The notes: generated from the letters alone by a model not told the origin. Shown: positions 38,273 through 48,776, counted from the first letter of the stretch. The stretch: 64,000 nucleotides of DNA from Thermoplasmatota archaeon (GCA_018334755.1 JAGXLI010000001.1:21023-85022); one strand, 5' to 3'. Program-made: numbers and translations.

Positions 38273-39228
38273 CGGGCTCCCTCCTTCTCCTCTATCAACG
38301 AAACGTAAAAATCTTCAAGATCGGACTTCTCAGGAGTGTAAGAGACTATATCGAAACCGTTCTCTACTATCTTCCTGAGCATCTCGGCGGTCGTTCCAGG
38401 GTCGCCGTCGTTTTTCGTGACCCTGATCCGGCTGTCATCTATCTTTTTCACATCGTCGATCATCTCGATCTTTTTCATATCTTTCAGGTCTGATTTTCTT
38501 ATATCTTCTAAGAGTTCGACATCTATCAGGCGGTACTGCTTCATGATCTCGTCGATACGCTCCACCGAATCCTTTTCAACCACACGGCCGTCGTAGAGGA
38601 AGATAACTGAATCGCAGACCTTGCTAACCTCGTCGAGGAGATGAGAACTCAGGAATACGGTAACATCTTTTTCTTGAAAGCTCTTGATCAGTTCCCGCAT
38701 CTCTTTTATCCCCTCCGGGTCGAGTCCCAGGACGGGTTCGTCCAGGATCAGGATAGAAGGCTCGTGAAAGATGGATTTCGCTATGGCCAGCCGCCTCTCC
38801 ATACCGGTGCTGAAAGTCCCCACTTTCGAGTCTTTCCAGTCCGATAAATTCACCATGTTCAGGACTTCCTTTATCCGCTCGTCGATCCTCTGTTTGGGCA
38901 GCCCGTACAGTTTTCCAAAGTATCTCAATAATTCCGTGGGAGTCAGATAGCTGTAAACTCCCGGCACGCCTATCAGAGAGCCCACGCTTTTCAGCGCCTC
39001 CTTGGGATGCCTGTTGACGTCTATACCGTTTATACAGGCGTGGCCTGCGGTGGGTTTGATCAGGTTCGTCATGATCTTGATGGTGGTGGTCTTGCCGGCG
39101 CCGTTAGGGCCTAGATAACCTACGACCTCTCCCTTTTCGATCTTAAAAGAGACATCGTCGACCGCGGTGACGCCGTCTCCGAATTTCTTTACGAGGTTCT
39201 GTGTTTCCATCACTATATCTTTGGACAT
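38269..39228 (-). CDS. ABC transporter ATP-binding protein
   Basis: Walker A GPNGAGKTT, signature FSTGMERRL, Walker B ILILDEP, and an H-loop. Confidence 0.9.
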   Translation of the reverse strand: MSKDIVMETQNLVKKFGDGVTAVDDVSFKIEKGEVVGYLGPNGAGKTTTIKIMTNLIKPTAGHACINGIDVNRHPKEALKSVGSLIGVPGVYSYLTPTELLRYFGKLYGLPKQRIDERIKEVLNMVNLSDWKDSKVGTFSTGMERRLAIAKSIFHEPSILILDEPVLGLDPEGIKEMRELIKSFQEKDVTVFLSSHLLDEVSKVCDSVIFLYDGRVVEKDSVERIDEIMKQYRLIDVELLEDIRKSDLKDMKKIEMIDDVKKIDDSRIRVTKNDGDPGTTAEMLRKIVENGFDIVSYTPEKSDLEDFYVSLIEEKEGAR

Positions 39229-39368
39229 CGCTGGATCCTCCAGTGACCGCCTAGATATTCCTTCCGAGCGGATGAATCTTCAATGTTCCTCCTTTATTTA
39301 TCTCTTATTGAGATATTCAAAATAGACGAAACATCAACTATTTATCTTTCGAAGCCATTCTAAAAGCG

Positions 39369-40400
39369 ATGAGAGTGACGATCCTGGGAGGCGGGTTCTG
39401 CGGTGCGATGGTGGCAAAAAATTTGGATGACCAGAAGGATCCAGAAGTGAGTTTGATAGACAAAAATGATCGGTTTGAATATTACCCGTCCTTACCCAAA
39501 TTGTTGACCGAACCTTCTCATCAAGAGAAGATAATTAAACCGTACTCTGAATTTTTGGATAATACGGAGATCATAACGGAAGAAGTGGTCGAGATCACCC
39601 CGGAATATTTCTCCACGAAGAGTAAAAAGATCCCCTTCGATATCTCGGTGATCTCTATAGGAGCCAGATATCCGATCTATCTGGATGATGAGAGAGACGT
39701 TTTCACCATAAGTTCCGTTAAAGAGGTAAAAGACTTATCGAAGCGAATCGAAGAAGCGGACAGGATATTGATAGTCGGCGGCGGTCTCATAGGGACCGAG
39801 ACAGCGGCGGAACTGGGAGCGAACACAGAAAAGGAGATAACTCTGGTGCATTCCCACGAGAGGCTGATCGAGAGGAATTCAAAGATGGCCTCCTATCTCG
39901 CAGAGAGGTTCCTCGAAGAGAAAAACGTAAAATTGATCCTGGATCAAAAAGTCGTAGATCGTCAAGAGAAGATGTTTAAAACCGACGATGGGAAAGAACT
40001 CGAAGCCGATATATGTATATGGAGCACTGGGTTGAGTTACGACGAGAGTATCTTCAGCGGTTTTGAACCTTCTTCTTTCGCAGACGACGGTTCACTGAGA
40101 GTCAACGAACATCTCCAGGTCAGAGCTCATCCGAACGTATTCGCAGGAGGGGACATCACCGATACAGACGAGGAGAAAACTGGACATAATGCCGATTCGC
40201 ACTCTAAGGTGATTTCCGAGAACATTAGGAGAAAAGCAAAAGGACGGTCATTGAAAAATTACAGCAGAACACAGTTCCCTCTCCTCATAAGTCTGGGTCA
40301 GATCAACGGTCTCCTTTCTCTTCCGAAGCTGGCTCTACCCGGTCCTGTTCCTGCACTCATCAAACATCTGCTGGAGAAGGGCGCGTTGTTGAGATTTTGA
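39369..40400 (+). CDS. FAD/NAD(P)-binding oxidoreductase (pyridine nucleotide-disulfide oxidoreductase / NDH-2-like)
   Basis: Two dinucleotide-binding motifs, ILGGGFCGAMVA and ILIVGGGLIGTETAAEL. It is about 343 aa. Confidence 0.7.
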   Translation: MRVTILGGGFCGAMVAKNLDDQKDPEVSLIDKNDRFEYYPSLPKLLTEPSHQEKIIKPYSEFLDNTEIITEEVVEITPEYFSTKSKKIPFDISVISIGARYPIYLDDERDVFTISSVKEVKDLSKRIEEADRILIVGGGLIGTETAAELGANTEKEITLVHSHERLIERNSKMASYLAERFLEEKNVKLILDQKVVDRQEKMFKTDDGKELEADICIWSTGLSYDESIFSGFEPSSFADDGSLRVNEHLQVRAHPNVFAGGDITDTDEEKTGHNADSHSKVISENIRRKAKGRSLKNYSRTQFPLLISLGQINGLLSLPKLALPGPVPALIKHLLEKGALLRF

Positions 40401-40401
40401 T

Positions 40402-41352
40402 TCATAGATATGCCTGGAGGATCAGATCGAGGCCGTAACCGGCCATCAGGAACAGGGAGAAGGAGATATACAGGGTGAAGTTCAGCTTTGAAAGCTCATC
40501 TATCTTTTCACCGTACCCGTCCATCTTTTTCAAGCTCGCTATAAGTTTCGGTAGAAGAAAGATATGGGGGAGAAAAGCGATCAGCAGAGGCCAACCCGGG
40601 TTCAGAAAAAAAAATATTACGAAAAAAACGTTGAGAAGCGCGATCATGTGTACAGCTATCATACCGAACTTTGCTCTTTCAAAACCTAGTCTGGCGACCA
40701 ATCCTATCTTACCGCCTTTTAGATCTGTCGGCAGATCGACCATCTCGCCCATCCAGACTATGAAAAGGGTGCTGAGCCCTGTGATAGGAGAGATAGCTAA
40801 GATGATAGGATGGAAACCCATATTTTGACCGAAGGAGGCTAGAAACACGGCAAGCGGACCGAAGCCGAGCACCACCACGACTTCACCCAATCCTCTATAG
40901 GCCATCTTGAAAGGCTCAGCGGTGTAATATTTACTCAAAAATACCGAGATGGCGATGACGATCCAGAGCGGTAACCAGAGCGCTCTATCGATAAAGAACA
41001 TCAGGAAAAAGGTGGCCGTGACTCCTACTACGATCCCGGTCCTTGCGATCATATACATCTTCGGAAGCAGGTCCCGATCATCGACTATCACACCAGATCC
41101 ACCGCTGAATTCGTTTTCTTTAGATTCCTGATCGTCGGCTCCCTGTTTGGTGTCGTATATGTCGTTGTACACGTTCGTGGTTATGTGAAGACTGAAACCG
41201 GTGATAGAAGCGAATACGAATCCGAAAAGGTTGAACGAGCCCGAGATCGAAGTGGAAACTAAAGTAACAGAGACTAGAGGCACCAGTATGGCGAAGAGGA
41301 AAGGGGCTCTTATCATCTTCAAGAAACCCGGTTCATCTTCTCCCTCGGACAT
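40402..41352 (-). CDS. UbiA-superfamily prenyltransferase (MenA-like)
   Basis: NVYNDIYDTKQGADD fits the UbiA/MenA NDxxDxxxD motif. It has about 8 TM helices. Confidence 0.7.
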   Translation of the reverse strand: MSEGEDEPGFLKMIRAPFLFAILVPLVSVTLVSTSISGSFNLFGFVFASITGFSLHITTNVYNDIYDTKQGADDQESKENEFSGGSGVIVDDRDLLPKMYMIARTGIVVGVTATFFLMFFIDRALWLPLWIVIAISVFLSKYYTAEPFKMAYRGLGEVVVVLGFGPLAVFLASFGQNMGFHPIILAISPITGLSTLFIVWMGEMVDLPTDLKGGKIGLVARLGFERAKFGMIAVHMIALLNVFFVIFFFLNPGWPLLIAFLPHIFLLPKLIASLKKMDGYGEKIDELSKLNFTLYISFSLFLMAGYGLDLILQAYL

Positions 41353-41508
41353 TATTGAGATGCAACATATAGGAGGCTATTTAAAGTAATTGTTCGTTGT
41401 AGGGTGAGAGAACTCTTTCCTGAAAAAAGCTCTGTGATCTCTTTGTCTCTAATATGAAGAGTCATAATCTTTATATCTTCTGCCAAGGATAACTTATCGG
41501 TCGACACT

Positions 41509-42522
41509 TTGCAGCGCCTAATAGAGATGATAATACCCGGGAAAAAGCTGGAAAAAGCCCGTGATCTATTGGAGGAAGACGATAAAGTACTGGACTTCTG
41601 GCATGAAGATGTGGCGGAAGAGAAGGTCCTGATGAAGCTGCTCGTCGACGCGGACGAGAGCCAGACAGTCATAGACAGTTTGAACGACAAGTTCAGCCGC
41701 TATGAAGCTTTTAGGCTCCTTTTGTTCCGGGTGGAGGCCTCTCTCCCCGTTGCTGAAGAGGAGGAAGAGGAGGAAGAGGAGAAAGAAGAAGGGAAAGAGG
41801 AAGATGGCAAAGAGACGAGAGGAGTTAGCAGAGAGGAGTTGTATGCTGAAGTCAAGGATCAGAGTGAACTGAGCAGGGTTTATGTTTTACTCACTCTTTT
41901 AGCTGCCGTAGTGGCTTCTATAGGCGTTTTGAGGGACGATGTTGCTGTGATAGTGGGGGCCATGGTGATCGCCCCTATGCTCGCTCCGAACGTGGGCCTT
42001 TCTTTGGCAACGACTTTAGCGGATGTAGACCTGGCTAAGTTAGCGGCTAAAACTGCCGTAATGGGTATATTATTGTCCTTTCTTGTTTCCATAGCTCTTG
42101 GTGTCATCCTTCCCGTGGATCCAAATACTGCCCAGATATCCGCTAGAACCGACGTTTCAATTTTACATGTCGTTTTAGCCCTGTCTGCGGGGAGTGCCGG
42201 GACCTTGGCTTATACTAAAGGACTTTCCTCTGCGGTCATAGGCGTCATGGTGGCCCTCGCTTTAGTCCCGGCGATAGCCGCTTCCGGCCTACTCATAGGA
42301 TCTCAATATTTCACCTTGGGTTTCAACGCCCTGATAATGTTCTTCGTCAATCTGATATGCATCAATCTGGCCGGTGTTCTGACCTTCGTGGCCCAGGGCT
42401 TCGAACCGAGTACGTGGTGGGAAGCCGATAAAGCTAGAAAATTGACGAGAAAAGCACTGATGATTTGGATCTCACTCCTTGCGGTATTAATCGCCGGGAT
42501 AATGTATATCCAATATCTATGA
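41509..42522 (+). CDS. DUF389 (TIGR00341) family membrane protein with an N-terminal soluble domain and a poly-Glu linker
   Basis: GAMVIAPMLAPNVGLSLATTLAD matches the DUF389 hallmark (AMLIAPLMGP). EEEEEEEEEKEE linker. Confidence 0.6.
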   Translation: MQRLIEMIIPGKKLEKARDLLEEDDKVLDFWHEDVAEEKVLMKLLVDADESQTVIDSLNDKFSRYEAFRLLLFRVEASLPVAEEEEEEEEEKEEGKEEDGKETRGVSREELYAEVKDQSELSRVYVLLTLLAAVVASIGVLRDDVAVIVGAMVIAPMLAPNVGLSLATTLADVDLAKLAAKTAVMGILLSFLVSIALGVILPVDPNTAQISARTDVSILHVVLALSAGSAGTLAYTKGLSSAVIGVMVALALVPAIAASGLLIGSQYFTLGFNALIMFFVNLICINLAGVLTFVAQGFEPSTWWEADKARKLTRKALMIWISLLAVLIAGIMYIQYL

Positions 42523-42584
42523 AAACTTGAAATTCATGCGTCGGATTTCACCCTAAAAATTAATCAAACCCGTTCTTTTTCCCG

Positions 42585-43814
42585 GTGAGGATGAAGACCG
42601 GAAGTCAGGTGTTACGTCTAGGAAAAAAGCACCGCTGGCTGATACTCCTACTTTTGGTATTGTCTATCCTTGTAGGGTATCTCGCCCGTATGAGCGTTTC
42701 CATCGCACTCCCTTTCGTATCGCAGGACTACGGATGGACCACCGCTGAGAAAGGCACTCTTGGTGGTATCCTGATGGGCATATTCTTGGTAAGTTACGGA
42801 TTCTCCAACATATTCTTCAGTCCTTTTATTGATATATACGGTCCTAAAAAGATGCTGACCATAGCTCTCGCAACGTGGTCCGGCGCCCTCGTTCTCGGCG
42901 CTTATTTCGGACAGATCTACTGGGTTTTTCTACTTTCAAGAGTTCTATTGGGACTCGGTCAGGGAGTTCTGTTCCCATGCGCCAGCAAGGTCACCGGAGC
43001 TTGGTTCTCACCCGAGGAGAGAGGCCGGGCGAATTCGCTCTATATGAGCGGAGGGCCTATCGGTGTGATGCTGGCGCCTCTGATCATGACGCCGATAATT
43101 TTGGGTACTTCCTGGGAGATGTCTTTTTACTTTGTTGCCGCGCTCGGATTTGCACTAGCTTTACCTGTCTTTCTGTTGATCGAGGGGACCCCGTCTGACG
43201 AGTATCCGAAAGAGAAAAGATCTTCACCGGACATCAAGGGAGACCTTAAAGAATTGATATCGGACAGGCAGTTCCAGCTGCTCCTCTTCGGTTTTACGGC
43301 TTTAACGACGGTCTGGTGGGGGATGTCCCTCTGGATACCCACGTACCTTGTGGAAGCACGCGGCCTCCCGATAGATGAGATGTCCTTCGGCGCGAGTTTC
43401 CCGTATGTGGGGGCTATCTTGGGCATGTACCTCGGTTCATGGATAAGTGATAAGACCGGGCAGAGAAGATGGATCATCATCCTGGCGCTTCTGATGAACG
43501 CGGCACTTCTCTTCGCTCTCACCATCCTGGAGATCCAGTCACTGACGGTCGCTATAATCCTGCTCTTTTTTGCCTTCTTCGGGGGACAGATGGCCCCACC
43601 GCTGTGCTTCACGGTCTTACAGTCCAAAGTTTCAGGTAAAACATTGGGCTCCGCCACGGGCATCATGAACGGGCTCGGTAACGGCATTGGGGTTTTAGGG
43701 CCTATAACCGTGGGTCTCGTTGTCGCGTTCACCGGTTCTTATGACTTGGGTCTTCTCTCACTGGCTCTTATATCTATTCTAGGGATATTGCTGTTCTATA
43801 GATACGAGGGTTGA
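42585..43814 (+). CDS. MFS transporter
   Basis: Twelve TM helices. An MFS signature-like GQGVLFPCASKVTGAWFSPEERGRANSL sits between TM2 and TM3. Confidence 0.8.
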   Translation: MRMKTGSQVLRLGKKHRWLILLLLVLSILVGYLARMSVSIALPFVSQDYGWTTAEKGTLGGILMGIFLVSYGFSNIFFSPFIDIYGPKKMLTIALATWSGALVLGAYFGQIYWVFLLSRVLLGLGQGVLFPCASKVTGAWFSPEERGRANSLYMSGGPIGVMLAPLIMTPIILGTSWEMSFYFVAALGFALALPVFLLIEGTPSDEYPKEKRSSPDIKGDLKELISDRQFQLLLFGFTALTTVWWGMSLWIPTYLVEARGLPIDEMSFGASFPYVGAILGMYLGSWISDKTGQRRWIIILALLMNAALLFALTILEIQSLTVAIILLFFAFFGGQMAPPLCFTVLQSKVSGKTLGSATGIMNGLGNGIGVLGPITVGLVVAFTGSYDLGLLSLALISILGILLFYRYEG

Positions 43815-43936
43815 GCGGCGGAAGATTTTGACAGCTGTGTTCAAAACTCAAAACCTTAAATAGAGAGTCGATTATATGAGTTCAGGGCCTAACCAAAACG
43901 CCGCATCATGCCCTTAAACCCTTTGGATAGAAGATC

Positions 43937-44848
43937 ATGACCGAAAAAGAGCCAGTTATAAAGATAAGAGGCCTCACCAAGATGTATGGTGATGTCGTCG
44001 GTATAAAAGATCTAGATCTTGATGTATACCCGGGAGAGGTGATGGGCTTTTTAGGACCCAACGGCGCGGGGAAGACCACCACCATCAGGACGTGTCTCGG
44101 TTTCCTTCAAAAGACTGAAGGTGACGTGAAGATATTCGGTAAAGATTCAAACCGTGATTCCGTAGAGATATCGAAACGGACGGGATACATACCAGGAGAC
44201 TTCGATCTTTACCCTGACCTGAAAGTGAAAACCGTCCTGAACTATCTTTTATCGTTGAGCGGGACCAGATCAAAGGAGAAGATGCTGGACCTAGCGGAAA
44301 GATTTGAACTGGATCTAGAGAAAAAGATCAAAGAACTCTCCAAGGGTAATCGACAGAAAGTTGGAATAGTCCAGGCCTTCATGGCCGATCAGGACCTTTT
44401 GATATTAGATGAACCCACCGCCGGTTTAGACCCTCTGATGCAGGAAGAATTTTACGACCTCGTCAGGGAGGAGAAAGAGAAAGGAAAGACTATCTTCATG
44501 TCGTCTCACATCCTGGCCGAGGTAGAAAAAATATGCGATAGGGTGGCGATCATACGCGACGGCACTCTCCAAGTCGTTGAACATATCGAAAAATTGCAGG
44601 ATAAAGTGGGTAAAGTGATGAACGTGGAATTTAGAGAGGAAATAGACCCGTCTGCCTTCGATATAGAGGGCGTTAAGGACATCGAGCGGGAAGGCAGCGA
44701 GTTGGAGATGATAATCACACATAATATCGACGAAGTGATAAAAGAGGTCTCGAGACACCAGATAGTCAATCTTAACCTGGAAACGTTCAGCCTAGACCAG
44801 TTATTTTTACGATTCTATTCCGAGGGGGATGAGGACGATGATGGGTAG
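43937..44848 (+). CDS. ABC transporter ATP-binding protein (ABC-2 type)
   Basis: Walker A GPNGAGKTTT, signature LSKGNRQKV, Walker B LLILDEPTAGLD. Confidence 0.9.
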   Translation: MTEKEPVIKIRGLTKMYGDVVGIKDLDLDVYPGEVMGFLGPNGAGKTTTIRTCLGFLQKTEGDVKIFGKDSNRDSVEISKRTGYIPGDFDLYPDLKVKTVLNYLLSLSGTRSKEKMLDLAERFELDLEKKIKELSKGNRQKVGIVQAFMADQDLLILDEPTAGLDPLMQEEFYDLVREEKEKGKTIFMSSHILAEVEKICDRVAIIRDGTLQVVEHIEKLQDKVGKVMNVEFREEIDPSAFDIEGVKDIEREGSELEMIITHNIDEVIKEVSRHQIVNLNLETFSLDQLFLRFYSEGDEDDDG

Positions 44849-45917
44849 AACGTTCTTTATGGAGTTCAGGAAAGGGTGGAAAGGATTTCTGCTGTTCATG
44901 ATCATAATCCTTATAGTGGTTGGAGGGATGGTCAGTTTTTACCCTACTGTAGCCGAAACAGAAGACCCGGAACTAGAAGGGGCGGAGAACGTTGAGCTAA
45001 AGGTGGACGAAACAGGTAGCAATATCACCGTGACGTGGAAAACACTCGACAGAGCAGATGGATATAGGGTCTATGCGGATAACAGGACATCGATGATAAC
45101 GGCTGAGATGGTCTATAACGGTACAGAGAACAGTACGGTCTTACCGCATGATCCGGAAGAACCGCTGTATTACTCCGTGGTTGGTATCGTAGACGGCGAG
45201 TCAAAGTTTGTCGGTATGAACACCACTGCTGATAAGGAGCGTATGTTGGATCAGCTCATGGAGACGGGCTATTACAACACTTTAAGCGGGGGAAGGAATA
45301 TATCTATGTACGAACTCAAGGGCTTTCTCTCTGTGGAGGTCTTCAGCTGGTTTTTCATTTTGACCGGACTGTATATCGGTTATATATCCGTCAAGACCTT
45401 GACTAACGATATCGAAGAAAGGAGGATAGATCTTATCATCTCCAGCGGTATTTCAAGGAGGGGATATCTCATCGAAAAATTCGTCTCTTTAGCGGTATAT
45501 TCTCTAGTTATGTTAACAGCCGCTGGACTGGTTATGAAAATGTCCGCGAATGGCATAGGAGAAAGTGCTGATCTATCCTGGAAAACATCTATATCTGTTT
45601 TTCTCGGATTCTGGCCCGTTTTGATGGTCGTGATCGCCGTCGGCTTCCTACTCGCGGTCCTTTTCAAAAATTCCAGGACCACCGTCGGCTTGATACTCCT
45701 TTTCGGATTTTCTCAGTACGCCATGCAGTTAATATCCGGACTTTCTAGAGATTACAGGTGGGTCAACGACTTTTGTATACTGGGATACTGGGATTACAAT
45801 TCGATCCTGTTCGATGGTGCCTTTAAAACCGGACACTTTTTTGGTTTACTGGTTCTGTCTATACTTGTCTTTAGCCTTGCAGTCTTTACATTCGAAAATG
45901 TAGATGTACCTGCGTGA
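44829..45917 (+). CDS. ABC-2 permease with a large FN3-like extracytoplasmic domain
   Basis: It overlaps the ATPase gene by 20 nt. An N-terminal TM helix precedes a roughly 150-aa ectodomain (VTWKTLDRADGYRVYADN), followed by 5 TM helices. Confidence 0.6.
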   Translation: MRTMMGRTFFMEFRKGWKGFLLFMIIILIVVGGMVSFYPTVAETEDPELEGAENVELKVDETGSNITVTWKTLDRADGYRVYADNRTSMITAEMVYNGTENSTVLPHDPEEPLYYSVVGIVDGESKFVGMNTTADKERMLDQLMETGYYNTLSGGRNISMYELKGFLSVEVFSWFFILTGLYIGYISVKTLTNDIEERRIDLIISSGISRRGYLIEKFVSLAVYSLVMLTAAGLVMKMSANGIGESADLSWKTSISVFLGFWPVLMVVIAVGFLLAVLFKNSRTTVGLILLFGFSQYAMQLISGLSRDYRWVNDFCILGYWDYNSILFDGAFKTGHFFGLLVLSILVFSLAVFTFENVDVPA

Positions 45918-45951
45918 GCAGATGATCGGTAAACGGAGTTCAGGATCCAGC

Positions 45952-46638
45952 TCACATAACTTTCTGATAGTATAGCTGAGTTCTTAAGTTTCTGCTGCTG
46001 CCCTGGCCTCTTAGGGTACTTTTATCGGATGATGTAGAGTCCGGCAGATCGTATTCTTCGAGCAGGTCTTCGACAAGATCCTCGTCTTTGGTCATATCGA
46101 CCAACTTCTGCTTTCCAAATTTTTTACCAAGGTCATAGACTATGTCTTTTGTGAAGAATTCGTCTTTTCTTTCGGGGTTCAGTACAGCGTACGCGTTCGG
46201 AGTGTTGGCCAATTCCAAGAGACTGTTATTCTTCAGCATCCCGCTGACTATTTTTCTGAAGTACTTCCCGTGCTTTAGACGCTTGATGGTTGCTTTATCC
46301 ACGTAGGGAAGCATGTCCTTCAAGAATTTAGATAGGTTCACCCGATTCGTATTTTTATAGGTCTCCCATCTCTCGCTGTGTTCTTCCTTTATATAGGCTT
46401 CTTTCCCGACCTCCTCCCTAATGGTTTTGGATTTCAAGAAGTACGGATGGGTCTGGAGCTTCTTTTCTACACTTTTTACATCCTTTAAAGATCCATCTTT
46501 TAGATGCCGGAGTTTTAGATAATCGGTGTGCTCTTCTTTCCTGTGGTTGAATTCTTGGATCCTCTTCTGATTACAGTATCTTCTCATGACTGTCTGGTTT
46601 ATCTCGATGAGCTGGAACTCTCTTATTCTCAGCTCCAT
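45952..46638 (-). CDS. hypothetical highly basic (Lys-rich) protein
   Basis: 228 aa, no recognised motif. It is divergently arranged with the small GTPase gene. Confidence 0.4.
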   Translation of the reverse strand: MELRIREFQLIEINQTVMRRYCNQKRIQEFNHRKEEHTDYLKLRHLKDGSLKDVKSVEKKLQTHPYFLKSKTIREEVGKEAYIKEEHSERWETYKNTNRVNLSKFLKDMLPYVDKATIKRLKHGKYFRKIVSGMLKNNSLLELANTPNAYAVLNPERKDEFFTKDIVYDLGKKFGKQKLVDMTKDEDLVEDLLEEYDLPDSTSSDKSTLRGQGSSRNLRTQLYYQKVM

Positions 46639-46914
46639 ATTATAGTTTATATGGTTCTGATTATTTACGTGTTATGGTGGGAAAGTATTGCCTTTTTCGA
46701 ACTTGCTCTTGTCGAGAGTTGAGTGCGTTTCCTCACTAAAGAGACGGGGTCTACATATCCTTATCCTCGTCACCACTCTAGAGGACAGGATTAAAAGATA
46801 GGGGAAGCAAATTCGGTTACGTTTAAAATCAAAAGTGCGAAATATATGGGAAGAAAAAACTTTTATTATACTAAAAGATTGCCAATATCGAGCAAGAAGT
46901 GGATAGGAGATAAA

Positions 46915-47730
46915 ATGAGAGGTAAAAAGAGTAAAAGAAAAGTCAATCTTTTGGGTGAAGCTGGTGTAGGCAAAACGTCCTTAACACTCCGTTTTGTCAA
47001 AGACATCTTCGGGGAGGAGTATTTGAAGACCATAGGCACGAACATATATACCAAGGAGGTTCCGGTTACGGGTTCTGAAGTAAAGCTCGTCATCCACGAT
47101 ATCATGGGTGATACTGATTTTGATACAGTTAGGGAGACGGCGTTTGAAAAATCGACTGGAGCTATAGCCGTAGCCGACTGCATGAGGAAGGAGAGTCTAG
47201 ATAAACTTATCGAGGACTGGCTGCCCAAATATAAAGAAGCGGCAGTGGATAATGCCCCTATCATCCTGGCTGTCAATAAAGTAGATCTAGAAGATCACGA
47301 GATCACGGAAGAGGTAGTGACCGACGAGGCACCATTTTATTTTGATAGCGTCTTTTATACCTCTGCTAAGATGGGTAAAAACGTGGAAGATATGTTCAAA
47401 GAGCTCGGGTTCAGGGCCGTCTATAATAAGCCGTCCTTGGCGAGGAAAGGGGAAGATATCGTGACCATGGATAAAAGGATAGATGACCCAAGAAAATTGA
47501 TGTCCGCCCTTCTCACTTATGCCTCCACGAAAGGTGACATGTCTTACTCTACCAGAGAGGAGATATTCGAACAGAGCGGGATAGACAAATTTTCTTTAAA
47601 TGAGGAGATGTCTGAGGACAATACTTTGTCTTTTGCCGACGGATTGATCGAGTGGTACGAGGAAGACGATGATACCGAGTCAGCTAAAGCTGTCAGGAAT
47701 TTACTCGAAAAATATGAGAAAGAGTCATGA
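46915..47730 (+). CDS. Ras-superfamily small GTPase (Rab/Ras-like G domain) with a roughly 110-aa acidic C-terminal extension
   Basis: G1 GEAGVGKTS, G2 Thr in YLKTIGT, G3 DIMGD (DxxG, with Asp in place of Ras Gln61), G4 NKVD, G5 TSAK. The ORF track begins at 46846, but ATG at 46915 is preceded by GGAGA. Confidence 0.7.
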   Translation: MRGKKSKRKVNLLGEAGVGKTSLTLRFVKDIFGEEYLKTIGTNIYTKEVPVTGSEVKLVIHDIMGDTDFDTVRETAFEKSTGAIAVADCMRKESLDKLIEDWLPKYKEAAVDNAPIILAVNKVDLEDHEITEEVVTDEAPFYFDSVFYTSAKMGKNVEDMFKELGFRAVYNKPSLARKGEDIVTMDKRIDDPRKLMSALLTYASTKGDMSYSTREEIFEQSGIDKFSLNEEMSEDNTLSFADGLIEWYEEDDDTESAKAVRNLLEKYEKES

Positions 47731-47864
47731 ATTATAGGGTCGATCACCTTTTTCGAGTCTAAATAATTGAAGGTGAGAGATCATGTTATATTAATCTTTC
47801 TGGTAGAGTATCTATCAGAGAAATGAGAAAAAGCTTTTATCAGACCTCTTTAGAGATTCTCACC

Positions 47865-48776
47865 TTATACCTTCTTCCCGCCAGTTTCTACCTTACCCGA
47901 TAGATCGACCTGTGGGAAGGGTATCTCGATATCCTCTTCGTCGAATCTTTCCTTTACGTCCTGCACGAATTCCGACCTTATATTCATGAAGTCGGCTCGG
48001 CTTGGATCTTCTATCCATATCCTCGACTGCAGGCCGATGTAGGAATCCGCCAGTTCGGTCACCACTACACTGGGTTCTGGATCGTCCATGATCTGTTCGT
48101 TCTCGTTTGCTTTCTTCAAGATGATCTCTGTAGCTTTATTTATATCGTCTTCGTAAGATATCCCGAATAGGAACTTGACCCTCAGCTTGTCTTTTGCGAC
48201 TGGGTTCTTCACAACTCGGTTGGTAAGTTGAGAATTGGGTACTGTCAGTAATTCGTTATCGAAGGTCCTGACCCTGGTTACTCTTAATTCGATGTCCTCC
48301 ACGACGCCTGAATTTCCGTCCCATTCTATCCAGTCCCCGATGACAAAGGGCTTTTCTATGTAGATGAAGATACCGCTGACAAAGTTCCCTATTATGTCCT
48401 TCATGGCGAACCCTATAGCCAAGGTTCCCGCCGCGGCGATGGTCGCAAAGGCCGTGAGGAAATTGCCAAATCCAGCTACACCGAAAGCCACGGCTACAGC
48501 TATGAACAGAACGGCAAATCTTGAGATCTTCAGGATGGGTTTCTTCGCGTACTCCTTCAAACCCCGCTTCTTTAGAGCTCTATCGATGAGAGGAAGAACT
48601 ACAAGTTTTCCTATAATATATATGACCAGGAAGGAGATCACGAAATATATCGCCTGGGTCACTACACCGGCGTATGCTCCAAAGAATCTATCTATGAATG
48701 GTAGCGGTTTCACCATATTATCTATGAAGTAAAGAAAATCTAATATACTTTTTCCTTCTCCCACCTTTAGGAACAA
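47865..48776 (-). CDS. mechanosensitive ion channel, MscS family
   Basis: TM3 and beta-domain signature AAAGTLAIGFAMKDIIGNFVSGIFIYIEKPFVIGDWIE...GVVEDIELRVTRVRTFDNELLTVPNSQL. Confidence 0.85.
   Translation of the reverse strand: MFLKVGEGKSILDFLYFIDNMVKPLPFIDRFFGAYAGVVTQAIYFVISFLVIYIIGKLVVLPLIDRALKKRGLKEYAKKPILKISRFAVLFIAVAVAFGVAGFGNFLTAFATIAAAGTLAIGFAMKDIIGNFVSGIFIYIEKPFVIGDWIEWDGNSGVVEDIELRVTRVRTFDNELLTVPNSQLTNRVVKNPVAKDKLRVKFLFGISYEDDINKATEIILKKANENEQIMDDPEPSVVVTELADSYIGLQSRIWIEDPSRADFMNIRSEFVQDVKERFDEEDIEIPFPQVDLSGKVETGGKKV

Noticed and set aside
40475-41389. Plus-strand ORFs inside the UbiA prenyltransferase gene
   Set aside because: They are antisense to a gene with a clear NDxxDxxxD motif and TM topology.
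41352-41690. 112-aa Ser-rich minus ORF
   Set aside because: It is antisense to the N-terminal region of the DUF389 gene and is low complexity.
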